A stretch of 62,929 nt of DNA, the filler included, from Sphacelaria rigidula (lineage: Eukaryota), in NCBI GenBank assembly GCA_964200075.2. It is 11 parts of 11 records of this genome, joined end to end, with 100 filler letters (N's around TTAATTAATTAA, not from the genome) between each part and the next. Parts side by side here need not be neighbours in the genome. Positions count along the whole stretch, not along the records: positions 11,461 to 17,090 come from CAXNAA020025725.1; positions 17,191 to 22,820 come from CAXNAA020025726.1; positions 22,921 to 28,550 come from CAXNAA020025727.1; 8 more parts are not named here. The stretch is one strand, 5' to 3'. The position numbers were made by a program, and so were the translations under genes. The notes beneath the pieces are model-generated. The model searched no databases. It saw only the letters and a list, made by a program, of their open reading frames with translations, and was not told the origin of the DNA. This document shows, in pieces, positions 11,640-23,249 of the stretch (position 1 is the stretch's first letter; each line of letters begins with the position of its first letter).

Positions 11640-11830
11640 GAGCGAAAATGTTTCTCGAGGTGTTGCACGGATCATTTTGAGAACCGGCATAATTTTCGCT
11701 CGAAAAAGACTGAAAATGATGCCGATTCACGAAAAAGTCCCTGTGCGCGTCTCCATCTCCTGTCCCGGAGATTTGTGTTGCACAGTAAGCCCCATATATT
11801 TGGGGTCCTATAAAAACGAGACCCAGAAAC
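11640..11830. repeat. DNA-transposon-like repeat shared with ~34050-34240
   Basis: GTTG.ACGGATC.TTTTGAGAA.CGGCAT.AT.TTC.CT.GAAAAGACTGA.AATGATGCCGAT is present in both contigs. Confidence 0.7.
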
Positions 11831-12834
11831 AAAAAGTGCAACCCCTATCGTAGCATTGCTCATGAGAGGAATGCTCACCGAGACAAGCCAACATAACGTG
11901 CACGTACGCTGAAGCCGTGCGCATTACAGTGATAGTACCGCACTACTAATACCAAGTGCGCTGGTCAACATATTATGAGCTCAGGGACATGTAATGAGAG
12001 CCAATATTTGATATGCGACATACATGCATGCACAATGCACGCGGAATGCAGTCCCGCGATACTTCACTCTTAACAGGTGGGCCAACGGCATATACCTTCA
12101 GGCTTCTAGACACCATACACAACCGCTGGCTATGCGTACTCCATGTGTGTTCGGAAGGCAGACGCCAGGACGTGGCTAGCGATTCGGGTGCTATATCTTA
12201 TACCTATAGTCTCACAGGGCGACTCTAAAATAGAAAAGTCCACATTTTTCTCCCGGAGGCTCTGGTGCACGAAATCATATTCCCTGCCAGCGCGCTGTCC
12301 ATGTGGCCAAGGCTTTACAACCGACTGGGGGTTGAAGACACCTGAATGGAATATGACACTCGTAACATGAAAACAACAGCCTGGATTTGTTTTTGAGGTT
12401 CAACATTTATTTGGGTGAGGTTCAATTGACCATCGAAATTCCATATGTTTCCTCCAAAGGCCCGGGATTCACAAGCGGTTTCGACCATGTAACCCTAACC
12501 CAGAAGTTTCTGCACGGCAGCGCAAGCATAATGATGAGCAGTCCAACAGAAAAACCGGCGTCATTGTGCGGCATCTTTTGGGCAGGACCTGCGTCTAAGC
12601 GCTACGGAACACGTAACAAAGCATGCTGAGAACATACTTGTTTGGACTAGTCATCGAGTTTTCGAGCGCCTCTTGTTGAGTGTCCGAGAGAGACTTTCTA
12701 CTGTTGCGCCGGCGACGACCGCCGTCAGCGAAACGATCCAATGCGGCGACAGGCGCCAGCGATCTTTGAAACGCAGCATCATTCAGCAGTCTGCTGAGAT
12801 ATACCAGCACACTAGAGTACAGCATCCTTACAGT

Positions 12835-13773
12835 ACAGTCGCCAGTTGGATAAAATTGATGCCCCACAAAAAAGCTGCACACACACATAGCGGGGGTAAG
12901 GGTTAGTCCCACGCTTGGGGTTGTTTCGCCAGTAGTGCCCATGCGAGGCGCTTCATCCAGTCTGAACCAGCTATCACACCTTGTATGGCCACTTTCGCCG
13001 TGGCTGTGTTGAGAACCGGGTACGCGGTGAGGCTATCGAAGGATACTACTGTAGTGCAACGCGCTTGCAAAACCCGAGCCGTTTCTTTAAATTTAGAACC
13101 CGCATCAGCTGTAGTTTGAATATCCCTCGTGACGGTCCCAAACGGGGTCTGATCCAGCGACGGAGAGCGCTGGTACCCTCCCCCTTAGATACGATTTGTG
13201 ACAACCTCAGGGTTAGAATTAGACCCCAGGGGGAGTCCTGAAATAACGGATGGTCTTCTTGGAAAGCAGTCGTTCATTGTAAGGGGTATAGAGCGTTCAA
13301 GCAAGGAAAATTCGATCTTGAACAGGGAAAGGTGTACTACGATACCCCTTAATACTATTCTATATGTTTCATTCCGAGCGATGTTCCCCGAATACCCCTA
13401 CAGCTGTCACAAATCGTATTTGAGGGGGAGGGTACCAGCGCTCTCCGTCGCTGGATCAGACCCCGTTTGCGACCGTCACGAGGGATATTCAAACTACAGC
13501 TGATGCGGGTTCTAAATTTAAAGAAACGGCTCGGGTTTTGCAAGCGCGTTGCACTACAGTAGTATCCTTCGATAGCCTCACCGCGAACCCGATTCTCAAC
13601 ACAGCCACGGCGGAAGTGGCCATACAAGGTGTGATAGCTGGTTCAGACTGAATGAAGCGCCTCGTATGGACACTACTGACGAAACAACCCCAAGCGTGGG
13701 ACTAACCCTTACCCTCACTGTTTCTGTGTGCAGCTTTTTTCTGGGGCATCAATTTTATCCAACTGACGACTGT
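12835..13773. mobile_element. Foldback element: ~369-bp near-identical inverted arms (12835-13203, 13405-13773) around a 201-bp spacer
   Basis: The arms give mirrored ORF translations (YGHFRRGCVENRVRGEAIEGYYC...). Outer ends are TA|CAGTCG ... CGACTG|TG. Confidence 0.9.
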
Positions 13774-14189
13774 GACGCCAGCCAGTGGAAGCGCTGTTGG
13801 ATTACTGCTGTTGAGGGACTACCCAGTCTTATTGGCATTAGTTTCAGTTGTCAGCCTTTACAACATCTCGTTATTCAGGAGTGCCCTTCCAGGGCACCAG
13901 CTTTCTAGACCTGCAGATACCATCCCCGTGTCCGGTCATTTTCCAGAACCCTCGAGAATCTCCGTGCCCCTAGTCATTATCCATATCATCACTACCAACT
14001 CAACGTACGGCGTATTTTTGTCACAGCACCCCCAAAGCGCGTTGGACGAAAATCGATCAACAAGCTTGAAACATAGAAAACGCCAAAATGATGAGTAAGT
14101 CACAATTGAATACCAGACTCACTCACGATGCGGGCAGCAACGGCACAAATCACGTGCAATTTACGCAACTCTTTCGTAAAAAACTCCGG

Positions 14190-16950
14190 AGTGGCTCTAC
14201 AATATCCTTGAAGGGCTCCCACGTACGCTCCTCAACTTCGAAACCAACCTAGTCGACCAACACGATCAACGAACGATCATCTGCTTCTACCACTCGGACA
14301 ATACCAGTCATCTGAAGTTGCCCCTGATTGAAAGCATGCTGGAACACGTCCTTAACGTTAGCCGTAACATTAAGCTGCGAGTCTGCATAAAAACGCAAAC
14401 GAGCTACATGGGCGGTCTGAACACGACCCGAAACAATGTTCTGAATCTAAAACACGTGCGGATGGTGAGCACCAACCACTCTCCATGGACCAGTCCAAGT
14501 CGCCATCAATCTGGGCGTAACACCCGGACGACGCACGCGTGCATACAAGACATGGTCGCCTACCTTAAAATTCGGCTATTCCAGCCCCGACGAGGACCCC
14601 TCACGCCTACGCGCACGTTCAGCGGCAACACGTTCCTGCACTTGAACGTGGAAACATTCTTGCAAGTCCAAGACTCCTTGCAATGCACTCCTAATTTGAA
14701 CATCGTCCAAAACATCACACTTCCATTCCCCCGCCGACGAAGATGCTAGCACCGAGAAAGACATCCGAGGGCACGACCAAACATCACGTGGTACGGCGTA
14801 CCATAGTAACGACGACGATACGCTGTGTTAAGCACCCATTGCACCGCCGGCAACACGTCCACCCACTCGGAAACCGCTCTAGGCTGCTCGAGAAGAATAG
14901 AGCGAAGAGCACAAACTCCTTCCTTAACCATACGTTCGCACGTACCGCAAAACGACGGAGAACACGCTGCCGCAAGCTGGTGATCAACGCGCAAAGCCTC
15001 TCGCAATCGGGTCAAGATCGCATTCTCGACATGCGTGGCGGTATCACTCACCCACACACGCGGCACCCCCAAAGGTTTGCACCGATTCAGCAAAGATGCA
15101 GCGGTCGATTCAGCAGTACACACTGCTACTGGTTCCAGAGCCACAAAGTTGCTCGAATCATCCATGATAACCGAAATGTATCGAAACCCAACATCCTCCG
15201 ACAAACCTTGGGAAGCTAGCGGGCCACTCTCGCCCACGTACAAGAAGTCGAAATGGACGACTTCATTCGGCGTGGTCTCATGGACCGTTTCGCCGAGCGG
15301 GCGGGGAACAACATTGCCCGCCCTCGAGTCAGCACAGTGAAGACACCAGCGGATAAATTCGCGCACATGAGTTTCTATCTCCTGCCAGACACAAAACTCT
15401 TGCAAGCGCACGAGCGTCGCAGCCACACCACGATGCCCGGCGTCGCGCATGTGCGTGCGAATCATCAGACGTACCTACAACTGCTTGTCAGAACTCGGAA
15501 TCCACAGAACGTTTCGGCCACGCACATGTGCACGAAACAGGCCTTCATTGTTCAAGATAGTAGTACCACATCCGACCCGAAAGATTGCACATCCGCGTCT
15601 TCGGCCCCAAGGTCTTTTCGTTGCGCTTGGAGAACGAAACAATTGGACGGCATCGACTCATCAGGTTCGCACGGACCATACACAGCCACAGCGCGCACAG
15701 GCATTTGAATTTCGACTGTATGTACTTGCATAAACAAACTACCCCAATGGCACTCAGATGCATACGGAAACATCAGCACCTGACAGATAGGACGAGGATG
15801 GAACAGCGTCACGGCATGAGTCACCAGATCCTTCGCTGCTGCCCACGCCCGCAGCCTGCCCTCCGTCCACGATGCACCCTCCGCCATATCCGGACTGGAC
15901 CACCCCGCCTGCATATTCCGTAACACCAACCCGAGCGCCAAAAGAACCGTCATGCACAATGCTAACCAACTCGACTTCACTGGATCGTACCGCCGCGGCT
16001 CCGTCTTCACCGCGGACGCCCCCGGTTTTGGCTGAACACGCATGGGCTCAACGCGCACAGGGGGATCAACCCGCAGCGCACGTCGAAACGCGTTGACGCG
16101 GCGATACAATATGCCGCGCAGGCGCTCCGCTTTTGAGATGCTGAGGCTGTCGCCACAGCATCCGTCACGCTGCCCTCCAGCGCGACCTTCCGAGCGGACT
16201 CCTCTTCCGCCGGAATCATTATCATCTCCGGGCCGCGCTCTACCGAGCGTTTCACCGCCGCATCCCGCTCTTCGGTCACCTGCCCTCCAGCCTCCTGAAA
16301 AGCATCCTCCGACAAGCTCACGCGACGACTGTCCGAAACGGCGGGCGTGGACCAGGCGGAGACATCCGCGTCTTCATGAAGTCTCGCAACCGCCGAGCGT
16401 TGACTCCAATATCCTGAAGCATCGGCAACCCCAGAAGAATGACGCCATCCGACCCCGGCACGATCGCCAACGAGATTGGAGGCAACTACACCGGCCCTCA
16501 GGAAGTCGTCTAACTCAGTTGCAGCGGAACAGTACGCTCTGTGACGTAAACCTGCTGACTCAACACGGTGACGGCCTGCCGCGCCCCGAGCGAAAACGGA
16601 ATGCGCAGCGGCACACCCGGGAGAAGACGCTCCAACATCTCCAAAATCTGTACCGACAGGCTCACATGACCCGTTCAGTGGGTGCCAGAATCCCACTTAG
16701 CCTAAACTGCAATGACTCCACGATCCCGTTGATATGGAAGGCACAGTTCCGCAGGAACGTACCTGCCCGCAAACTCCACTGGCAATTTATTGGCCCACCG
16801 ATACGCCGCTAATCTCACTTGACGCCACGGCTACGCAAGCTGCGCAAGCTACGCAGGCGAAGACGCCCCGGCAGGTTCAAACGGCACCGCCGGCGGGTAT
16901 GACCCCCAGCCAGCAGACCAAGAATATTTCGAACCTCCGGCCGGCACGTC
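14190..16950 (-). mobile_element. Degenerate Ty3/gypsy (chromovirus-like) pol remnant: RT/RNase H fragments, integrase, chromodomain
   Basis: RT/RH-like LFHPR..CQVLMFPYASECHWG, followed by integrase, then chromodomain-like LIVLVD*VGFEVEERTWEPFKDI at ~14200-14290. Many frameshifts. Confidence 0.9.
14746..15465 (-). pseudogene. Gypsy integrase (HHCC zinc finger plus catalytic core)
   Basis: H..AGHRG...CLHC, VVHFDFLY, VWVSDTATH, GTCERMVKE. Confidence 0.9.
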
Positions 16951-17712
16951 AGCAGGCGTCGCGCCTTACAGATATATGTCACTCAAGATCAGATCGCCAT
17001 GTGGACCTCCCATCACGGGCACATGGACTTCAGCAGCTTTAGTTATTTATGTATTAACCCTCAGCATAGTACAGGAGAACAGGACCATAGNNNNNNNNNN
17101 NNNNNNNNNNNNNNNNNNNNNNNNNNNNNNNNNNTTAATTAATTAANNNNNNNNNNNNNNNNNNNNNNNNNNNNNNNNNNNNNNNNNNNNGGGGGGGGGG
17201 AGGGGGGGGGGGGGGGGGTAAAAAGCGTAAAAAGCGTAAAATAGCGATGTTCCGCACAGCCGAGTCCATTGTACTCGGAGGAGAAGGAACGACAAAAACG
17301 ACTGAAGGTTTCATGGACCCTTGATTGGTAGCTGGGATTTTTTTCTAATTTCACTACCAGACCACTCGTGCACGATAATCATGTCGCAAAACTACTCATG
17401 TTGATCTACCTACATGCGCTCAAAAATAACTTCTTCGGAGTCCAAGGTCCTAACGAAAGCATATGCGGCAGGATGGACAAAGTTGACCCGACGGGCCCAA
17501 ATGTTCTCCAGCTCGTGCACTACTGTGCTCCACCGCAGCACCGGGGCGGCTCCCACACTGCCCTAGCAAAGCGTTCCGAATGCTCGAGGCGCCTACCTCA
17601 CATGACTGCCGCGAGGCAGTTTAGCCGAGCCTTGGGGTAATCGGTATACGACCCCGTTCGCGGCGTAAGTGTTTCGTGAGGTTTCCTCCCTACTTGAAGA
17701 GGCAAGAAAAAT

Positions 17713-17890
17713 GTCGCCCCGGTGGTTCAGTTGGTAACCCCGAACAGCCTCTGGCGGTTTGGTCGTGAGTTCGATCCTTGATGTACTCGCGATAACTGTT
17801 TTTTTTTCTTTTCCACACACAAAATGCCTAGTAGTGCAAGCGAGGGGCCCCATATCGGGAAATCCCCCTCTTTCGCCGCACAAACCTCAT
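17713..17890 (+). mobile_element. tRNA-derived SINE; related body on the minus strand at ~19220-19370
   Basis: A box TGGTTCAGTTGG and B box GAGTTCGATCC. The body GAGGGGCCCCATATCGGGAAATCC recurs in inverted form at ~19294-19317. Confidence 0.75.
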
Positions 17891-18546
17891 TCTGGGGTTG
17901 GAGGAGGAGGGATACCCAATTTTATGATGGGGTTACCCCCCTGATCGCTGGATGATGGCGATAGTAGTTGCTGTACTGCACCACACGTGTTTGCCGGTAA
18001 CGTCGGCCTGCGCCGGGTGTACCGAAACGGTAGGTGGTACTGTAGGGGTAAGTCGAACCAAGTAGAGAAGAACATGTCCACAGAAGCAGGGAGTGAAGAC
18101 CGAAGCGCTGAGGGTACCGGCGCTGGAACTGTGCCGCAGATTCCAGAAGTCTTGCAAGGGGTGAAAGTGAAGTGGGCACGCACGCCTGGCACCCAGGAGT
18201 TTGCATGGATCTGCCGTTGCGGGCATAACAGTATATTGATATCACGTTAATTACATTTTATGGCTGCCGCTACCTCGATGTCGGATATTATTTTTCGCGA
18301 CGCCACGGCCATAACATTCCCCTTCGCAACCTCTCCCTCTCTTGTGTCGCAGTGCAGTATCAATTGCGATATGTAGATATAGGCGTTGTACGAACACGGC
18401 TGTCTGCCCAAACGCGGGCCAAGTACGTGATTCTCTGCAACTCACACATTGTGCACGTCTATAACATCATAACATTTTCGTATCGGCTGGTAACACCACA
18501 CAGTCAACTCACGAGTACTGCATGTACGTTTCAGTCATTCAGTAGA

Positions 18547-18923
18547 GCCGGTCGCCCCGGTGGCTCAGTTGCATGGTTGGTAACCTGGAAACCTTCTGAC
18601 AGTTGGGTCGTGGGTTCAATTCTCGAAGCGATCTGGGATTTTTTCTCACACAGTGTCCAACAGTGGAAAGCGACTATGCCGTGGGTACACAAAATTCGAC
18701 CTAACGGTCGACGAGGGAAAGGGACTGCCAAACCCCCCTTGTAATAAAAAATGAAGGCATGCACCGCAGAAGGACGGTGGGGTACAAAGAACAAATGAAG
18801 AAGAAAAAACTCCTGTGTTGACCTTCCTCCTGTGTGACCCCGGCTGGTGCGCCCACATATACCGAAAACTGTTGACCGGCGCCCAGAATGGATGAGATGA
18901 CAACACACACACAACACAACACA
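18547..18923 (+). mobile_element. tRNA-derived SINE family A (~370 bp, CA-rich tail)
   Basis: A/B boxes (TGGCTCAGTTG, GGTTCAATTC). Full-length homologue at 59777-60133 and a tail-only copy at ~19460-19572. Confidence 0.9.
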
Positions 18924-20250
18924 GTGTCAATACAGAACTGTTCGTCGTACACCGCCCTCCTTAACATGGCGGCCATATCACTGCAATAGTTCCAGGTCGG
19001 TAATAACAACCGGTCTTGCAAAAGCCAGCGGGACTCGGCATTCATTAACCAATGATCAGCGCGACCCAAAACTCATTTTCCAGCCGGCGAAATTGCTCCC
19101 CGATCGCCACAACAACAGCTGACACACCAAAACTCCTCGGTTTTAGGCTGCTCACGTTGAGGCGAACCTGGAGATAGCTAGATGATCGTTCGATTCCGTA
19201 TACTAGTGGAGAAAAAGGAAGAATACGGTTTTTCCCAAATGGATTTGGCATTTTCCTTCTCGACCGCGGGTAGGGGGTGAAGGAGTGGCTCATGGATTTC
19301 CCGATATGGGGCCCCTCGGTGCAAGGCAATTGTTTCGTTAGTAATTTTTTTTTTATGGAACACTCAACGAGAGAAAGAGGCAGCCTTACCCTTCTCACGA
19401 TAACAGTCAAGGCAAATACCGCGCAAGCAATTTTTAGGATTGAAAAAAACCCCAAAAAAACGCGTGTGACTTTTTCCTTGTGTGACCCCGGCTGGTATGT
19501 TCACATACACTGGAAGGTGTAGGCAGGTGTAGGTGCCCAGAATGAATCGGATGAAGGCATGCAACACACGCACTGGTATCCCATGGCTGGGAATATTGAG
19601 TGCGGCTAGTTTACAGTAAGGTTTGTGAGGGGGGCACTGACGCGCGTTTACCATATGCGACGATATGACTGTCTCAGGTAATGGCGTTTTGGGGAGCCGA
19701 AATGTTTTGACCCGAGGGTGTACCTCAGAGGGGCTATGTTCGATGGTTCTCGATATGGTATTGCGGATACCGACATCGTACAAAGAATGAAGTAATAGCC
19801 GGAAATCTCTGGCCGGAGGGGTATTTTGGAAGCAGTGATATTTACCGTACAGTTATTATGCTATGTAGCATGCAGCATTACTCTCTATCGCGACGAGTTC
19901 TTGAATCCTTTGACGGTCAGGGTGGATCGTCGGGGTCTTGAAATCATGTTTCAAGTGAACCTTCTGCTGATCAAACAGATTGCCCACCCTGATGTGTCAA
20001 AGGTGATGAAGTTGAGGAACCACTCTTGCCGTTTTGGTGGCCCACGTGTGCGATGTAGCCTTGAGCAATGGGCTGTGCACGTTATATCACGAGTCGCCTT
20101 TTGGTGCGTTGTTGTCAGCTTTTGATTTGATCCGGGGATATGGTGTGTAGGTCGTTACACTGAGCTATGCTTTGGGAGCACGTGACGAATTGCCCGTCTT
20201 TCTCAGTCACTCTGTGTCTGATCTTTTTCCTGGTGTTGCCGTGAATTCAG

Positions 20251-20432
20251 GTTCGTCGTTATCGCGAGCGATGGAGTGTTTGAGTTCTTGACGAATCAGA
20301 GCGTGGCGGACATGGTGTCGAGGTATGAGGATCCGTTAGACGCCTGTAAGAAGGTTGTGCAGGAGGCCTACGACTTGTGGCTGCAGTACGAAGTGCGAAC
20401 GGACGACATTACCATCATCTGTCTCTACATCG
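20251..20432 (+). CDS. PP2C C-terminal exon of a PP2C plus cyclic-nucleotide-binding(/kinase) protein
   Basis: FVVIASDGVFEFLTNQ...WLQYEVRTDDITII (PP2C motifs ASDG and DDIT). CAG| and |GTGAGT boundaries. Confidence 0.93.
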
Positions 20433-20689
20433 GTGAGTTTGTTTTTTCTTCTTCGCCTAGGGGGAGGAGGGGGGGCAGATACTTTGTTTGTGTCGTTTTG
20501 GTGTGTGTGTGCGTGTCTATTTTTCGTACCGCATCATATTCCCTGTGTATTCATGTTGGATGGTGATATTTTACCACAGTCACCATTCACCCAGCCGTGT
20601 GGAGCGGTGGAGTACCACGTAGTGCTATTTTCTTCATCCTGGACAAAGTCAAAGATTAGTGCGTACAGTATGGAATCTGCTGTCTATTG

Positions 20690-20790
20690 CACACCCTGGA
20701 CAATCTGTGGTCATAGTTGCAGTAGGCTTGTACTTTACCCAGTACAACTTTATCTATTGCAAATGTGAACGATATATTGTCCAGGGTTTG
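20690..20790. mobile_element. Short MITE with CACACCCTGGACAAT TIR (family of 35413-35877)
   Basis: CACACCCTGGACAAT ... ATTGTCCAGGGTTTG. Confidence 0.7.
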
Positions 20791-21129
20791 GTCTATTGTA
20801 ATAGAGGCAATAGTCGATACTGTACGCAGTACTCTTTCTGACGATGTGATCCGTTGTCTAGGGTGTTGATTTTTGGTTTTGTGAGAAAAAGCAATGCGTC
20901 TTGCTCAGGATTTCTGGAAACTCTTTTTGTTTTCTTCCGCAAGTGCTCAGTATTTTCTGCATATGTTCGTCTTTTTTTTTTTCTGTGGCAATTTTTCCCC
21001 GTGGGTCTTTATACTGAGGAGTTACATATCAATGCGGTAACATGAGGAACGCAAGGTGCCCGTTGTTGTTGTGCAGAACCGATTTGAAGAACGTTGACAC
21101 ATCTTTCACGAACTCTTTTCTTGACAGCG

Positions 21130-21460
21130 GCTTTTTTTTTTCTCGCCACATGTTGAACCCTTCTCCTCTTCTTTGGGACGAGTTCTTTGTCTCAAGGGAC
21201 CAATCCGTCGGTATGCGCCTTGCATTTTGGTATCGTCGCGGACTGGGTCATGACCATAAGCACCCGTGCACCGCGTTGACGCTCGTCGAATAAACTCAGT
21301 CGAACAAAATCTCTTTGCCACTCACGTTCTCAGGCTTTGAATCACTCAAATCACATAGTTTTGAGAAAAAGCCAAACTAGACGCAGCTGGCAGGAATCGA
21401 ATCTGCATCCTTTCCGCCGTAATGGTGTCACTTGTGCCATAAGACTACCGGGGGCGCGGC
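21130..21460 (-). mobile_element. tRNA-derived SINE family B; other copies at 46124-46432 (+) and ~48080-48480 (-)
   Basis: Head GCCGCGCCCC(C)GG..ATGG..GATTCGATTCC. Shared body ACGCGGT.C..GGTTGATCCCTT.AGA...GGGTTCAA, ending in an A-run. Confidence 0.8.
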
Positions 21461-21463
21461 GGG

Positions 21464-21582
21464 AAGGAACAACACAAGGGCTTCCTGGGGGTCCCCTCAC
21501 CGTAGTACAAGCCTGACCGGACGCCGCTCAACGTCACAAAGCGGACGGGATGTGGTGCTGTCGATGTGATATGGCCACTCCT
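21464..21582 (-). rRNA. 5S rRNA-derived sequence (diverged pseudogene or SINE head), 119 nt
   Basis: The minus strand AGGAGTGGCCATATCAC..GCACCACATCCCGTCCGCTTTGTGACGTTGAGCGGCGT..GTACTACGGTGAGGGGACC..GAAGCCCTTGTGTTGTTCCTT follows the brown-algal 5S layout as I recall it, with helix I AGGAGTGGC/GTTGTTCCT. Confidence 0.9.
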
Positions 21583-21743
21583 CATGCAAACGCCAATCTC
21601 GCCGCAGTTCCGCGGGTAGGATGAACGGGGTTTCCTGGTTGAATACATTACCTAGGCTCACCAACTACACTTGATCATTTTTTGTTTTGCTGTTTCCGTT
21701 TGACTTGTGTTGTTGCCATGATCATGCACCGATTCATCGTCAG

Positions 21744-21953
21744 AGGGGATCGCTTCGGAGACGGGCCAACGAGAAGCGGTTGCCGCCGTAGAGGAGGCCG
21801 ACTTGGACAACATCGCGATACAAGGCTTAAGGCCCGTCCGACGGGAGATATCTTGGCATCGTAAACGCCAACTCATCATGTCCAACGAACCCTATGGCTG
21901 GCGTAGCCCCAGTCGCGGAAACGGGACGGTGGACAAAAACGCACGCTCCGCAG
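21744..21953 (+). CDS. Linker exon of the PP2C-cNMP protein
   Basis: Phase-1 joins on both sides. LRPVRREISWHRKRQ. Confidence 0.8.
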
Positions 21954-22087
21954 GTGTGTGTGTGTCCGTGTGTGCGTTTGCCCTTTTGTTCGCGGTCGCT
22001 TTGTTTATTTCTTTTTCCCGTTCTGATCTACCCGTCCTGTCTGGTCCCGCACGTGTTATATCTCCTCCTGATTTGTTCCTCGGCCAG

Positions 22088-22209
22088 ACGACGCAGCATA
22101 TAAAGTGGAGGATCATGTGGTGGCGAAGTCTGAGGATGATCGACGGAGTATTTTGCAGGCCATTAAGAGCAATTTCTTGTTCGATCACACCTCGGAAAAG
22201 CAACGACAG
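22088..22209 (+). CDS. Exon starting the cNMP-binding domain
   Basis: VVAKSEDDRRSILQAIKSNFLFDHTSEKQRQ is a typical PKA-R/PKG CNB-A entry (AI-x-x-NFLF). CAG| and |GT boundaries. Confidence 0.88.
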
Positions 22210-23249
22210 GTCCGTTTCAAGTTTTGACGACGTATTCGTTGAGATGTAGATCTTGATCACAGTCGGTGGTGGCTTCTGCTGATGCGTTTTGTCGCTTGTT
22301 GGCTGTTTTCACTTTTTTTTTCTGGCTTCAAATGAGCGGATGCGATGTCGCCCCCCCTTCCCCCTCCCCCCCCCCCGGGTACCCGCCATACATGTTGATA
22401 TAGAGGAATGGAGCAGCAGTACCGCAGCCTCTCTATTCTCGTCGAATTTTCTGTGCTACTTGCATCTTCACGCTTTTGACAACGGAATCCAGATTTTTTT
22501 CCCGAGAGGGACCATATGGTAACTGTCGGTATTGGAATCCGCGATCTTCCGCGCTAACTGGCCGTTGGTGTGACATTTTATTTTGGGACCAACTAGGCAC
22601 GGGGGTTAAGTGCGCTCGATTTTAATTTCTATTTCGCCTATATAACGTTGTTGGTGTGGTTGGACTTTCGAGGAGTCAAAATTGGTGTGCTTCGATCTTG
22701 CTAGACAAAAACAGTATTTTCTGTGTATCACCTTACATTAATAGTGCATTTAAAACTGACCCCCCCCCCCATCCCCCACAAAAAAAGACAAATATTCTGA
22801 ACATAAAAAAAAAAGACAAANNNNNNNNNNNNNNNNNNNNNNNNNNNNNNNNNNNNNNNNNNNNTTAATTAATTAANNNNNNNNNNNNNNNNNNNNNNNN
22901 NNNNNNNNNNNNNNNNNNNNTTTAATCCTCCGGGTTCTCATCCTCAATCAAAAGCACCATCCTCAACATAGATGATTGGCTGTTTACCGGAGATATCGAG
23001 CACAGTGCAAGAAGTAGAGCACAGTGCTGTCCTTTGATTATGAAGGTGGTTGCTGCCATGTACTGAGATCAATCGCGTCAGCAACAAACGGCTACTGCAT
23101 CATTTCCCCTCCCTCCGTACCATCGGCTGGTGATGCATGCTCATTGACTTTGAAAATGACAAGAGCCGGTTCGCTTGTCCGGCAGCTGGGCAGAGAACAT
23201 GGCCCACTTCGCCGTTCACCCCGCCCACCCTGCAACTATCGGGCTCGGT

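Noticed and set aside
12981..13627. Duplicated 86/90-aa ORFs as a gene pair
   Set aside because: They are a by-product of the inverted arms and have no protein motif.
16042..16812. 256-aa plus-strand ORF
   Set aside because: It is an antisense shadow of the GC-rich gypsy remnant.
17713..17790. Functional tRNA genes here and at 18547, 46124, 59777
   Set aside because: They have A/B boxes but no intact cloverleaf, and they are attached to repeated bodies, so they are SINE heads.
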